Shown in pieces: positions 47,509 through 57,503 of a stretch of 64,000 nucleotides of DNA; positions within the stretch are counted from its first letter, which is position 1, and every line of letters starts with the position of its first letter. The notes under the pieces were generated by a model, which was given only the letters and a program-made list of their open reading frames with translations, searched no databases and had not been told where the DNA came from. The translations under genes and the position numbers were made by a program. Source of the stretch: Alphaproteobacteria bacterium (lineage in GTDB: Bacteria; Pseudomonadota; Alphaproteobacteria; Bin95); the NCBI GenBank assembly GCA_963665325.3, contig OZ224045.1:928001-992000 (forward strand). The letters run 5' to 3'.

Positions 47509-48719
47509 GGCGTCTCTCCGCGTGCGCCGGTTCCGGACCCGGCGAGCAGACGCTGGAGCAGGTCCTCGTCCAGGCCCGCTTCGCGCAGCACTTCCTCGCT
47601 GTGCTGCCCCGGAAGGGGCGGCGGCCGGTCGATGGCGCCGGAACCGTGCGCCAGCCGAAACCCGGACCCGACCAGCTGCATAGGCCCCCACGGCCCTTCG
47701 ACTTCCTGAAGAACATCGCGATGGGCGATCTGGCGGTGGGCGACCGCTTCGGCAATGCTGCGAATGCGCGCCGAGGGCGCGCCGGCTTCCTCCAGACGGT
47801 CTTCCCAGACTTCCGCGCCGCCGTCCGAAAAGGCCGCCTCGATGATTTCGCGCAACTCATCGGCATGGGCCGTGCGCGCGTCCCAGTCGGCGAAACGCGG
47901 GTCTTCCAGCAGGTCTTCGCGTCCGAGGGCCGCGCAGAGCGCCCGGAACTGCTTCTCGTTGTTGACCGCGAGGAGGAGATGGCCGCCGCCTGCGTTGAAC
48001 AGGTTGGCGGTCGGCTTGCGGCTTACCGCCTGGTTGCCGTACTGGCCCTGCAAATGGCCGGCGACCAGATATTCCACCACGGCGGGTGACATGAAAGAGA
48101 GCGCGGCGTCGAGCATGGCGACATCGACCATCTGCCCCTTGCCGGTATGGCTGCGCTGGAAGAGCGCGCTCGCCACGGCGAAGGCGGCGGTCATGCCGCC
48201 GATCGCATCGCACACCGCAAAACCCGCCCTGACCGGCCCGCTTTCCGCATGTCCGGTCACGGACATGATGCCGGAGGTGGCCTGGATTCTGCCGTCATAG
48301 GCCGCCGTTTCGCGGTCGGGCCCGTTCTGCCCGAAGCCGGAAACGGCGCAATAGATGAGCCGGGGATTGATCTCCGAAAGCGCCTCATAGCCGAGGCCGA
48401 GCCGGTCCATGACGCCCGGCCGGAAGTTCTCCATCACCACATCGGCGCTCTTCGCCATGTGCCGGAGCGCGGCGACGGCGTCGGGGTCCTTCAGGTCGAG
48501 CGCGAGATTGCGCTTGTTGGCATTGGCGGAGGCCCACATCGGCGCCATCGCCCGGTCTGCCCACAGCTTCGAGGGCGGGGAGAAGCGCATGTCCTCGCCG
48601 CCCGGGCGCTCGATCTTGACGACGTCCGCGCCGAGCAGCGCCAACTGGTAGCTGCCGAAGGGCCCGGCGAACACCTGGGTGAAGTCCAGGACGCGGATAC
48701 CGGAAAACGGCCTTATCAT
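47505..48719 (-). CDS. Family III CoA transferase (CaiB/BaiF)
   Basis: LLGADVVKIE, ENFRPG, SGFGQ.GP, AYD. Confidence 0.92.
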   Translation of the reverse strand: MIRPFSGIRVLDFTQVFAGPFGSYQLALLGADVVKIERPGGEDMRFSPPSKLWADRAMAPMWASANANKRNLALDLKDPDAVAALRHMAKSADVVMENFRPGVMDRLGLGYEALSEINPRLIYCAVSGFGQNGPDRETAAYDGRIQATSGIMSVTGHAESGPVRAGFAVCDAIGGMTAAFAVASALFQRSHTGKGQMVDVAMLDAALSFMSPAVVEYLVAGHLQGQYGNQAVSRKPTANLFNAGGGHLLLAVNNEKQFRALCAALGREDLLEDPRFADWDARTAHADELREIIEAAFSDGGAEVWEDRLEEAGAPSARIRSIAEAVAHRQIAHRDVLQEVEGPWGPMQLVGSGFRLAHGSGAIDRPPPLPGQHSEEVLREAGLDEDLLQRLLAGSGTGARGETP

Positions 48720-48784
48720 GTTGCGGGTCCTTCCTCGCGCGCTATGCTCGCGCCACCATAAAGCCGAAAGGGGACGATAACGCC

Positions 48785-49930
48785 ATGGGCGCGCTCGACG
48801 GGGTCAGGATCGTGGAATTCGCCGGCATCGGGCCGGGTCCGTTTTGCAGCATGCTGCTTGCGGATATGGGCGCGGACGTGCTGCGCGTGGACCGGGCTGC
48901 GAATGTCGGCAAGGAAGCCGAGCACCCCAAATTCAACACGCTGCTCCGGGGCCGCAAGAACGTCGCCATCGACCTCAAGCATGCGGAAGGGCGGGAAACG
49001 GCGCTCAGGCTCTGCGACAGCGCGGACGCCATCGTGGAAGGCTTCCGGCCCGGCGTCCTGGAACGGCTCGGCCTCGCGCCCGACACGCTGCTCGAGCGCA
49101 ATCCGAGACTGGTGGTCGGACGCATGACCGGCTGGGGCCAGACCGGCCCCATCGCGCACACGGCCGGGCACGACATCAACTACATCTCGCTCTCGGGCGC
49201 GCTCTATTCCATCGGCGAGGAAGGCGGGCCGCCGGTGCCGCCGCTCAACCTGGTCGGCGATTTCGGCGGCGGCGCGCTCTACATGGCAGTGGGCATGCTG
49301 GCCGGCATCATCGGCGCGCGCGCCACCGGCCGGGGCCAGGTGGTGGACTGCTCGATGGTCGAGGGCTCGGCCTCGCTGATGACCCCCATGTACGGGGCGC
49401 TGGCCGCCGGCTCCTGGGTCGAGGAGCGGGGAAAGAACCGCCTCGACAAGGGCGCACACTATTACAACGTCTATGAGACCGCCGACGGCAAGCATGTCTC
49501 TGTCGGCTCAATCGAGCCGCAATTCTACGCCCTCCTTCTGAAGCATACCGGGCTCACCGACGTCGACCTGCCGGATCAGCTCGACCGGCCCCGCTGGCCC
49601 GAAACGCGCGAGCGCCTGCGCGAGATTTTCAAGACCAAGACCCGTGACGAATGGACCGCGATCATGGAGCAGACCGATATCTGCTTCGGCCCGGTGCTCT
49701 CCATGTCCGAGGCCATGGAACATCATCACAATGTCTCGCGGGGCAGCTTCATCGACGTGGACGGCGTGCGCCAGCCGGGGCCGGCCCCGGTGTTCGAGGG
49801 CACGCCGAGCGGGGTGTCGAGAGGCTCGGCCCATGCGGGCGAGCATACCGACGAGGCGCTTGGAGAATGGGGCTTTGCGGCTGCGGAGATCGCGCGCCTC
49901 AACGCCGTCGGGGCTGTGAAGCAGCGCTAG
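48785..49930 (+). CDS. CaiB/BaiF family protein, alpha-methylacyl-CoA racemase-like
   Basis: AGIGPGP, EGFRPGV, AGHDINY, NLVGDFGGG. Confidence 0.92.
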   Translation: MGALDGVRIVEFAGIGPGPFCSMLLADMGADVLRVDRAANVGKEAEHPKFNTLLRGRKNVAIDLKHAEGRETALRLCDSADAIVEGFRPGVLERLGLAPDTLLERNPRLVVGRMTGWGQTGPIAHTAGHDINYISLSGALYSIGEEGGPPVPPLNLVGDFGGGALYMAVGMLAGIIGARATGRGQVVDCSMVEGSASLMTPMYGALAAGSWVEERGKNRLDKGAHYYNVYETADGKHVSVGSIEPQFYALLLKHTGLTDVDLPDQLDRPRWPETRERLREIFKTKTRDEWTAIMEQTDICFGPVLSMSEAMEHHHNVSRGSFIDVDGVRQPGPAPVFEGTPSGVSRGSAHAGEHTDEALGEWGFAAAEIARLNAVGAVKQR

Positions 49931-49949
49931 CGCGGCCCCGTCCAGCCTC

Positions 49950-52112
49950 ATGATGCCCGCGCCGGCGCCGGTCCGCACCGATATCCTGCTGGTCGGCGGC
50001 GGACACGCCCATGTCGAGGTGCTGCGCCGCTTCGGCATGGCCCCGGTCCCCGGTGTGAGGCTGACCCTGGCGACACGCGACCTCGCCACGCCCTATTCCG
50101 GGATGCTGCCGGGCTTGGTGGCCGGCCACTACAGCCATGACGAGGCGCATGTCGATCTGGCGCCGCTGGCTGTATTCGCCGGCGCCAGGCTCATTCACGG
50201 GGCTGTGACGGGCCTCGACCTCGACCGGAACGAGGCGCTGATCGACGGCCGGCCTCCGCTGGCCTTCGACATCGTGTCGCTGGACATCGGTTCGACGCCT
50301 TCCGCAGCGGGCATCCGGGGTGCGGAGCACGCCCTGCCGGTCAAGCCCGTGGACCGGTTCCTCGAACGCTGGGCGGAGTTGGAAGAACGGGCGGCCGGGG
50401 CCGGGGGCGCTTTCCGCCTTGTCACCGTGGGCGCAGGCGCAGGCGGCGTCGAGCTCACGATGGCGCTGCAACGCAGGCTGGCTGAGCACGGCATGGCAGC
50501 GGACAGGCTGCAATTCACCGTCGTCTCGGATATGGACGAGGTCCTGCCTGCGTACGGCTATGCGGCGCGCCGGCAGGTAGCGGCCGCGCTTCGCCGTTCC
50601 GGGATCGGGCAGCGGACGGGTGTGCGGGTGGCGGCGGTCGAGCCGGATGGCGCGGTCATGGAAACGGGCGAGACGCTGGCGGCCGACGCGGTCGTCCTGG
50701 CCACGCCCGCGGCGCCGGCCGGCTGGGTCGCGGCATCGGGGCTTGCGGCGGACGAAAGGGGCTTCGTCGAGGTCGGCGCAGACTTGCGCTCCCGCAGCCA
50801 CGAGCAGGTGTTCGCTGCGGGCGACATCGCTGCGTTCGGCGCGCGCGCCCTGCCGAAGTCCGGGGTGTTCGCAGTCCGCCAGGGTCCGGTCCTCGCCGAG
50901 AACCTGCGCCGGCTGGCGGCTGGTGGCGGGCCCTTGCTCCACTACCGGCCGCAGAAACGGACGCTGGCCCTGGTTTCGACCGGGCGCGGCCAGGCCGTTG
51001 CGTCCTGGGGGCCGTTCGCTGCCGCAGGCGGCTGGGCGTGGCGCTGGAAGGACCGTATCGACCGGCGCTGGATGGACCGCTACCGCGACCTACCGGCAAT
51101 GGGCGAGGCGGAAGAGATGCGCTGCGGCGGCTGCGGCGCGAAGCTCGCGGCGGTTCTGCTGGAGCGCGTTCTGGCAAGACTGGAAGTGAAGGCGCACGCG
51201 GATGTTGTCGTAGGTCTGGGCGACGATGCGGCGGTGATCCGCCCGCCGCCCGGCCGGGTGGCCGTACGCACCGCGGACCAGTTCCGCGCGTTCATCGACG
51301 ACCCCTACCTCTTCGGGCGAATTGCTGCGAACCACGCACTCGGCGACCTCTATGCAATGGGCGCCGAGCCCCAGACTGCGCTCGCGCTGGCGACCTTGCC
51401 GCTCGCGCCCGAGGAGAAACTGGAGCGGGACCTCGAAAGCCTGATGCGCGGTGCGTTGGAGGTGTTGAATGCGGCCGGCTGCGCACTGGTCGGCGGCCAT
51501 ACTGCGGAGGGAGCGGAGCTATCGCTCGGGTTCGCGCTGGACGGCCACGGGCAGGCGGAACTGCTGACCGGGAAGGGCGGACTGCAAGAAGGCGACCGGC
51601 TCGTGCTCGTCAAGCCGCTCGGAACCGGCGCGATCCTGGCTGCGCATATGGCCGGACTCTGCCGCGGCGATTGGTTGGAAGCGGCGCTCGCCGCGATGCA
51701 GCAGTCGAATTGCGAGGCAGGCGAGGTGTTGCGCGCACATGGCGCCGTCGCCGTCACCGACGTGACCGGATTCGGCCTTGCCGGCCATCTGGCGGAGATG
51801 CTGCGCGCCTCCGACCGGGCGGCGGTCCTGGCGCCCGGGGATGTGCCGGTCCTGCCGGGCGCCCGCGAGCTGATCGCCCGTGGCGTGCGCAGCACGCTCC
51901 ATCCGGCCAATGAGGCAGCGGCCGAGGCGTTCGATCCCGAAGCCTGCCCGGTGCTCTTCGACCCGCAAACGGCCGGCGGGCTGCTCGCGGGCGTGCCGGG
52001 CGACCGGACGGACGCCTGCCTCGCCGCGCTGGCCGCCGCCGGCTATGCGCAGGCGGCGGTCGTCGGCGAGGTGACTTCCGGCCCGCCTGGCGAGCTCACG
52101 CTCGGGAGTTAG
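49950..52112 (+). CDS. selD: Selenide,water dikinase SelD fused to an N-terminal pyridine nucleotide-disulfide oxidoreductase
   Basis: GGGHAH, GAGAGG, FAAGD; then MRCGGCGAK, DDAA, GGHT, TDVTGFGL.GHL, DPQTAGGLL. Confidence 0.92.
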   Translation: MMPAPAPVRTDILLVGGGHAHVEVLRRFGMAPVPGVRLTLATRDLATPYSGMLPGLVAGHYSHDEAHVDLAPLAVFAGARLIHGAVTGLDLDRNEALIDGRPPLAFDIVSLDIGSTPSAAGIRGAEHALPVKPVDRFLERWAELEERAAGAGGAFRLVTVGAGAGGVELTMALQRRLAEHGMAADRLQFTVVSDMDEVLPAYGYAARRQVAAALRRSGIGQRTGVRVAAVEPDGAVMETGETLAADAVVLATPAAPAGWVAASGLAADERGFVEVGADLRSRSHEQVFAAGDIAAFGARALPKSGVFAVRQGPVLAENLRRLAAGGGPLLHYRPQKRTLALVSTGRGQAVASWGPFAAAGGWAWRWKDRIDRRWMDRYRDLPAMGEAEEMRCGGCGAKLAAVLLERVLARLEVKAHADVVVGLGDDAAVIRPPPGRVAVRTADQFRAFIDDPYLFGRIAANHALGDLYAMGAEPQTALALATLPLAPEEKLERDLESLMRGALEVLNAAGCALVGGHTAEGAELSLGFALDGHGQAELLTGKGGLQEGDRLVLVKPLGTGAILAAHMAGLCRGDWLEAALAAMQQSNCEAGEVLRAHGAVAVTDVTGFGLAGHLAEMLRASDRAAVLAPGDVPVLPGARELIARGVRSTLHPANEAAAEAFDPEACPVLFDPQTAGGLLAGVPGDRTDACLAALAAAGYAQAAVVGEVTSGPPGELTLGS

Positions 52113-52744
52113 CGCCCGGGTTGCGGGACGACGCGCAGATAGGGCTTCTGCTCGTCCCAGCCGTCGGGGAACAGCTCCTTCGCCTGCTCGTTGGTGAGCG
52201 CCGGCAGGATTATCACAGCGTCGCCCTGCTGCCAGTTCACCGGAGTCGCCACCTTGTGCTTGGCGGTAAGCTGGAGCGAATCCAGCGTGCGCAGGATCTC
52301 GTCGAAGTTCCGACCCGTGGAAGGCGGATAGGTGATCGTCGCCTTCACCTTCCTGTCCGGTCCGATGAAGAACACGGACCGCACCGTCACGGTCTCGGCG
52401 GCATTGGGGTGGATCATGTCATAGAGCGTGGACACGTTCCGGTCGTGATCGGCGACGATCGGGAAATTGACCGCCTGGCCCTGGGTCTCCTCGATGTCGC
52501 TCGCCCATTCCCGGTGGCTGCCGAGCGGATCGACCGAGAGGCCCATAATGCGGCAATTCCGCTTCTCGAACTCGCCCTTCAGGCGCGCCGCCGCGGCCAG
52601 CTCGGTCGTGCAGACGGGGGTGAAGTCGGCGGGATGAGAGAACAGGATGCCCCAGCCGTCCCCGAGATAGTCGTGGAAGGAGACTTCGCCGTCGGTGGTT
52701 TCCGCCGTGAAGTCCGGGGCATCGTCGCCAAGACGCAGAGACAT
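52109..52744 (-). CDS. 1-Cys peroxiredoxin (Prx6)
   Basis: FSHPADFTPVCTTE, YPPSTGRNFDE. Confidence 0.95.
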   Translation of the reverse strand: MSLRLGDDAPDFTAETTDGEVSFHDYLGDGWGILFSHPADFTPVCTTELAAAARLKGEFEKRNCRIMGLSVDPLGSHREWASDIEETQGQAVNFPIVADHDRNVSTLYDMIHPNAAETVTVRSVFFIGPDRKVKATITYPPSTGRNFDEILRTLDSLQLTAKHKVATPVNWQQGDAVIILPALTNEQAKELFPDGWDEQKPYLRVVPQPGR

Positions 52745-52815
52745 GGTGTTTCCCGTTTCGATTGTGGTTGGCCCAGCATTGCCGCGGCAGCGCTCCTGCA
52801 CCGTTTGCGAAGGTT

Positions 52816-53592
52816 TCAGGACACGTTGGCGGCTGCGCCGGACATGTAAGTCTGCCGATGCGCTTCGTAAAGAGCGATGCTTGCCGCAACGGCGACATTG
52901 AGGCTGTCTGCGCCGCTGCTCATGGGTATTGCAGCTTCGAAATCGCAGGCGCGCCGGACGAGGCGGCGGATGCCGGCGCCCTCGGCACCCAGGACGAGGC
53001 CGATCCGTCCTGTGAGGTCGAGGTGTCCGAGCGGCAGGTCCGCCTTCCCGTCCAGCGCAGCAAACCAGTATCCCGCTGCCTTGAGGCGCTCGAGCGTGCG
53101 GGCGAGATTGACGACGCGGGCCAGCGGCACGCGCTCCAGCGACCCTGCCGCGGCCTTGGCCAGCGCAGCGGTTTCCGCCGGCGCGCCCACGGCCGGCAGG
53201 ATGACGGCGCGTGCGCCGAAGGCCTCGGCCGAGCGGAGCACCGCGCCGACATTGCGCGGATCGCTGACCCGGTCGAGCAGCAGCAGGCGGGCCGGGCCCG
53301 GCGGCTCGGCGATGACCTCGAGGTCGGGCGGGGAGAGCGGGTCGCAGTGCAACGCGATGCCCTGATGGACGGCGCCGGTGCCGAAACGCCTGTCCAGCAG
53401 CCGGCGCTCGACGGTTTCCACGGGAATGCCGCGCCGGCGGGCGGCGGCCGCCGCCTCTCCGTCTTCGGTCTGGAAGAGCCGGTGGACGGTGCGGGTGCGA
53501 TTGGCAAGAGCCGCTGCCACAGCATGACGGCCATGAAGCCAGAGCTCACCGGCAACCGGCGGCCTGCCGCTATTTTGCTTCCGATTGGGCAT
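52816..53592 (-). CDS. rlmB: 23S rRNA (Gm2251) methyltransferase, SpoU family
   Basis: HQGI, DPRNVGAVLRSA, LGAEGAG, SLNVAVA; conserved position before tRNA-Tyr. Confidence 0.88.
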   Translation of the reverse strand: MPNRKQNSGRPPVAGELWLHGRHAVAAALANRTRTVHRLFQTEDGEAAAAARRRGIPVETVERRLLDRRFGTGAVHQGIALHCDPLSPPDLEVIAEPPGPARLLLLDRVSDPRNVGAVLRSAEAFGARAVILPAVGAPAETAALAKAAAGSLERVPLARVVNLARTLERLKAAGYWFAALDGKADLPLGHLDLTGRIGLVLGAEGAGIRRLVRRACDFEAAIPMSSGADSLNVAVAASIALYEAHRQTYMSGAAANVS

Positions 53593-53644
53593 TGACATTG
53601 CCGCATGAGCATATCATTTTCGCCCGCCGTTTCGGGCACGGAAC

Positions 53645-53729
53645 GGAGGGGTGCCCGAGTGGCTAAAGGGGACGGGCTGTAAACCCGTTGGCATTGCCTA
53701 CGTTGGTTCGAATCCAACCCCCTCCACCA
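53645..53729 (+). tRNA. tRNA-Tyr (GTA)
   Basis: GGAGGGG/CCCCTCC acceptor stem, CT-GTA-AA loop, long variable arm, CCA. Confidence 0.97.
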
Positions 53730-53811
53730 TTCGGACGGTCCGGACCACGGTCGAACGGCGGGGTATGAGCGCAGCGCAGGACTGCACGGACGAAGCTAAG
53801 GCGGCGCGCCT

Positions 53812-53885
53812 GCGGGTGTAGCTCAATGGTAGAGCCCCAGCCTTCCAAGCTGGTGGTGCGGGTTCGATCCCCGTCACCCGCTCCA
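53812..53885 (+). tRNA. tRNA-Gly (TCC)
   Basis: GCGGGTG/CACCCGC acceptor stem, CT-TCC-AA loop, CCA. Confidence 0.97.
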
Positions 53886-53949
53886 GCTTCGGCCGGGACG
53901 AACGGAACCGACTAGAAACCACCAAGTATCGCAGCGAGACGAGATTTCG

Positions 53950-55140
53950 ATGGGCAAGGCTCGGTTTGAGCGGACGAAGCCGCACTGCAACATAGGCACG
54001 ATCGGCCATGTTGATCATGGCAAGACGACGCTTACGGCAGCGATCACGAAGATCCTTGCGGAGGCTGGCGGGGCAGAGTTCACGGCCTACGACCAGATTG
54101 ACAAGGCGCCTGAGGAGAAGGCGCGGGGGATCACGATTTCGACGGCGCATGTTGAGTATGAGACGGGTGCGCGTCACTATGCGCATGTGGATTGCCCGGG
54201 TCATGCGGACTATGTGAAGAACATGATCACGGGCGCTGCGCAGATGGACGGCGCGGTCCTGGTGGTGAGCGCAGCGGACGGCCCGATGCCGCAGACGCGC
54301 GAGCACATACTTCTGGCGCGCCAGGTTGGCGTTCCGGCCTTGGTTGTTTACCTGAACAAGGTCGATCAGGTTGATGACGAGGAGCTTCTGGAGCTTGTGG
54401 AGCTTGAGGTTCGGGAGCTTTTGTCGAGCTACGACTTCCCTGGCGACGACATTCCTGTGGTCAAGGGCTCGGCTTTGGCGGCGCTGGAGGACGGGGACGC
54501 GACGCAGGGTCGCCAGTCGGTTCTGGATCTGATGGAAGCGGTTGACGATTATGTTCCGCAGCCGGACCGCCCGAAGGACCGCCCGTTTCTGATGCCGATC
54601 GAGGATGTGTTTTCGATTTCGGGTCGCGGTACGGTTGTGACGGGCCGTGTCGAGCAGGGGATCGTGAAGGTCGGCGACGATGTTGAGATAGTGGGGCTGA
54701 AGGAGACTTCGAAGACGGTCTGCACGGGCGTCGAGATGTTCCGGAAGCTTCTGGACCAGGGGGAGGCTGGCGACAATGTTGGGGTTCTGCTTCGCGGCAC
54801 GAAGCGCGACGAGGTAGAGCGGGGCCAGGTATTGGCGCGTCCGGGCTCGATCCGCCCGCACACGAAGTTCCAGTGCGAGTGCTATGTTCTGACGAAGGAC
54901 GAGGGCGGTCGTCACACGCCGTTTTTCTCGAACTACCGTCCGCAGTTTTACTTCCGCACGACGGATGTGACGGGGACGGTTGAGTTGCCGGAGGGTGTGG
55001 AGATGGTTCTTCCCGGTGACAACATCTCGATGGGAGTGAACCTTATCGCGCCGATAGCGATGGACGAGGGCCTACGATTTGCGATCCGCGAGGGCGGGCG
55101 CACTGTCGGCGCCGGCGTCGTCGCTTCGATCGACGACTGA
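53950..55140 (+). CDS. tuf: Elongation factor Tu
   Basis: [29 protein letters not shown]. Confidence 0.99.
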   Translation: MGKARFERTKPHCNIGTIGHVDHGKTTLTAAITKILAEAGGAEFTAYDQIDKAPEEKARGITISTAHVEYETGARHYAHVDCPGHADYVKNMITGAAQMDGAVLVVSAADGPMPQTREHILLARQVGVPALVVYLNKVDQVDDEELLELVELEVRELLSSYDFPGDDIPVVKGSALAALEDGDATQGRQSVLDLMEAVDDYVPQPDRPKDRPFLMPIEDVFSISGRGTVVTGRVEQGIVKVGDDVEIVGLKETSKTVCTGVEMFRKLLDQGEAGDNVGVLLRGTKRDEVERGQVLARPGSIRPHTKFQCECYVLTKDEGGRHTPFFSNYRPQFYFRTTDVTGTVELPEGVEMVLPGDNISMGVNLIAPIAMDEGLRFAIREGGRTVGAGVVASIDD

Positions 55141-55205
55141 GGCGTTGGCGCCTCGAATGACGACCGAACGCCACGGAGGGCCGAAAGAAAGCCATGAATC
55201 TCAGT

Positions 55206-55281
55206 AGGAGCATAGCTCAATTGGTAGAGCACCGGTCTCCAAAACCGGGGGTTGCGGGTTCGAGTCCTGCTGCTCCTGCCA
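55206..55281 (+). tRNA. tRNA-Trp (CCA)
   Basis: AGGAGCA/TGCTCCT acceptor stem, CT-CCA-AA loop. Confidence 0.97.
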
Positions 55282-55293
55282 TCTGAGGCGGCC

Positions 55294-55491
55294 ATGGCGC
55301 GAACCAGCCCCGGCGCTTTCATCCGCCAGGTCCGCCAGGAGGCGGCCAAGGTCACCTGGCCGAGCCGCAAGGAAACCGGCGTCTCCACGGCCATGGTGTT
55401 CGTCATGGTGACGCTGGCGGCGTTGTTCTTCTTCGTCGTGGACCAGGCTCTGGCTTGGATCGTGCGCGTCGTTCTCGGGCTCGGGGGTTAG
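55294..55491 (+). CDS. secE: Preprotein translocase subunit SecE
   Basis: FIRQVRQEAAKVTWPSRKE plus one TM helix. Confidence 0.95.
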   Translation: MARTSPGAFIRQVRQEAAKVTWPSRKETGVSTAMVFVMVTLAALFFFVVDQALAWIVRVVLGLGG

Positions 55492-55495
55492 CGCC

Positions 55496-56071
55496 GTGAC
55501 TGCGCGCTGGTACGTCATCCATGTCCACTCGGGCTCCGAGCAGAAAGTCGCTACGGCGATCCGCGAACAGGCGGACCGGCAGGGCGTGGGCACGCTGATC
55601 GAGGAAATCAGCGTGCCGATGGAAAAGGTCGCCGAGATACGGCGCGGAAGGCGCATGACCGGGGAGCGCAAATTCTTTCCCGGCTATGTGCTGATCAAGA
55701 TGGAAACGCAGCAAAACCCCGATCTGCCGGAGCGCGGCGGCAGCCGTCCGGACGACCGTGTCTGGCACCTGGTCAAGAACACGCCGAAGGTCACAGGTTT
55801 TCTCGGCGGCGGCGGCAACCGGCCGATCCCGATCTCCGAATCCGAAGCCAACCGCATTCTCTACCAGGTGACCGAAGGGGTCGAACGGCCGCGTCCGTCG
55901 GTGCTCTACGATATCGGCGAGCAGGTCCGGGTTTCGGATGGCCCGTTCACCTCCTTCACCGGCGTGGTGGAAGACGTCGATGAGGAACGCGCGCGGCTCA
56001 AGGTTTCGGTGTCGATTTTCGGGCGTGCGACGCCCGTCGATCTCGAATATTCGCAGGTGGAAAAAACCTGA
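55496..56071 (+). CDS. nusG: Transcription termination/antitermination factor NusG
   Basis: WYVIHVHSG, FFPGYVL, KOW DGPF, SIFGRATP. Confidence 0.97.
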   Translation: MTARWYVIHVHSGSEQKVATAIREQADRQGVGTLIEEISVPMEKVAEIRRGRRMTGERKFFPGYVLIKMETQQNPDLPERGGSRPDDRVWHLVKNTPKVTGFLGGGGNRPIPISESEANRILYQVTEGVERPRPSVLYDIGEQVRVSDGPFTSFTGVVEDVDEERARLKVSVSIFGRATPVDLEYSQVEKT

Positions 56072-56092
56072 CCGCACGCAGCAACGAGGAAC

Positions 56093-56123
56093 AGGCGGGA
56101 GGCCGACCCCGGCCGTGACCGCC
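56093..56123 (+). promoter_or_regulatory. Putative L1-binding leader of rplK-rplA
   Basis: GGCGGGAGGCCG..CGGCCGTGACCGCC hairpin containing GGGAG, upstream of rplK. Confidence 0.45.
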
Positions 56124-56158
56124 GGCGGCCGCAGCGCCGCCTTATCTGGGGAGCCGAA

Positions 56159-56590
56159 ATGGCAAAGAAAATCAGCGGCTACATCAAGCTGCAGGTTCCG
56201 GCGGGCCAGGCCACGCCGCAGCCGCCCATCGGTCCGGTGCTGGGACAGCGCGGACTGAACATCATGGAGTTCTGCAAGGCGTTCAACGCCGCAACGCAGG
56301 CCCAGGAGCAGGGGGTGCCGATTCCGACGGTCATCACCGTCTATGCCGACAAGTCCTTCAGCTTCTCGATGAAGACGCCGCCGGCAAGCTTCCTCTTGCG
56401 GCGCGCGGCAGGTCTGGACAAGGGAAGCCAGACGCCGGGCCGGGAAACCGCAGGCCAGGTCACGCGGGCGCAGCTGCGGGAGATCGCAGAGACGAAGATG
56501 GAGGACCTGAACGCCAACGACGTCGAGGCTGCGGTCGTCATGCTCGCGGGATCGGCCCGGTCCATGGGCCTCGAAGTGACGGAGGGCTGA
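56159..56590 (+). CDS. rplK: 50S ribosomal protein L11
   Basis: [22 protein letters not shown]. Confidence 0.98.
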   Translation: MAKKISGYIKLQVPAGQATPQPPIGPVLGQRGLNIMEFCKAFNAATQAQEQGVPIPTVITVYADKSFSFSMKTPPASFLLRRAAGLDKGSQTPGRETAGQVTRAQLREIAETKMEDLNANDVEAAVVMLAGSARSMGLEVTEG

Positions 56591-56594
56591 GGCG

Positions 56595-57299
56595 ATGGCG
56601 AGCCGCAAGGGCAAGCGGATGCGGGCCGGCTGGGACGGCGTCGACCGCGTCGTCGAGCACGACCTTACCGAAGCGGTGCGTCTGGTCCGGGATCGGGCCC
56701 GCGCCAAATTCGACGAAACGGTCGATATCGCGATCAATCTCGGTGTCGATCCGCGCCATGCGGACCAGATGGTGCGCGGGGTTTGCGATCTGCCGCACGG
56801 TACCGGCAAGCCGGTGCGGGTGGCGGTGTTTGCGCGCGGCGCGAAGGCCGACGAGGCCCGCGAGGCGGGTGCCGATGTGGTGGGCGCGGAAGACCTCGCC
56901 GAAACGATAGGCGGCGGCGAGATCGCGTTCGACCGCGCTATCGCCACGCCGGACACCATGCCGGTCGTGGGCCGGCTCGGTCGCATTCTGGGCCCCCGCG
57001 GCCTGATGCCGAACCCGCGGCTCGGCACCGTGACGATGGATGTCGGGGAAGCGGTCCGCGCCGCCAAGGGCGGACAGGTGCAGTTCCGGGTCGAGCGGGC
57101 CGGAATCGTGCATGCCGGCATCGGCAAAGCGAGCTTCGAGCAGGAGGCGCTGGAAGGCAACGCCCGCGCTTTCTTCGATGCCATTGTGCGCGCCAAGCCG
57201 TCCGGCGCCAAGGGAACCTATATCAGGCGCGTCACGCTCAGCTCCACAATGGGGCCCGGCGTGCGCGTGGATGCAAGCGCTCTCGGCGGAGCGGGCTGA
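56595..57299 (+). CDS. rplA: 50S ribosomal protein L1
   Basis: [25 protein letters not shown]. Confidence 0.98.
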   Translation: MASRKGKRMRAGWDGVDRVVEHDLTEAVRLVRDRARAKFDETVDIAINLGVDPRHADQMVRGVCDLPHGTGKPVRVAVFARGAKADEAREAGADVVGAEDLAETIGGGEIAFDRAIATPDTMPVVGRLGRILGPRGLMPNPRLGTVTMDVGEAVRAAKGGQVQFRVERAGIVHAGIGKASFEQEALEGNARAFFDAIVRAKPSGAKGTYIRRVTLSSTMGPGVRVDASALGGAG

Positions 57300-57323
57300 G
57301 CCGCCCGGTCCGCCGAAAGAATG

Positions 57324-57398
57324 CCTGTCCGAGACCGTCGGCGTCCGCGCCTGCTTGCAGGTCGGACTTAAAGCGCAAGCGCCGGCGCTAGACGGGAG
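57324..57398 (+). promoter_or_regulatory. L10 ribosomal protein leader
   Basis: CTGTCCGAGAC...TTAAA...TAGACGGG pattern in the rplA-rplJ spacer. Confidence 0.6.
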
Positions 57399-57503
57399 GA
57401 AGACGCCGGGCGACCGGCGTCCGCTTCCGGGACAGGGTCCGATACAGCCCGTGAGGGCGGTCAACACGAACCGGGGCGCAAGCCCCACCCAGGAGAGGAC
57501 CCC

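Noticed and set aside
52109-52744. Peroxiredoxin or SelD as additional selenoproteins
   Set aside because: Both have Cys codons at the active site and no in-frame TGA
55206-55281. Possible tRNA-Sec or UGA suppressor explaining the readthrough
   Set aside because: The anticodon is CCA and the length is 76 nt, i.e. an ordinary tRNA-Trp; no selC in the window
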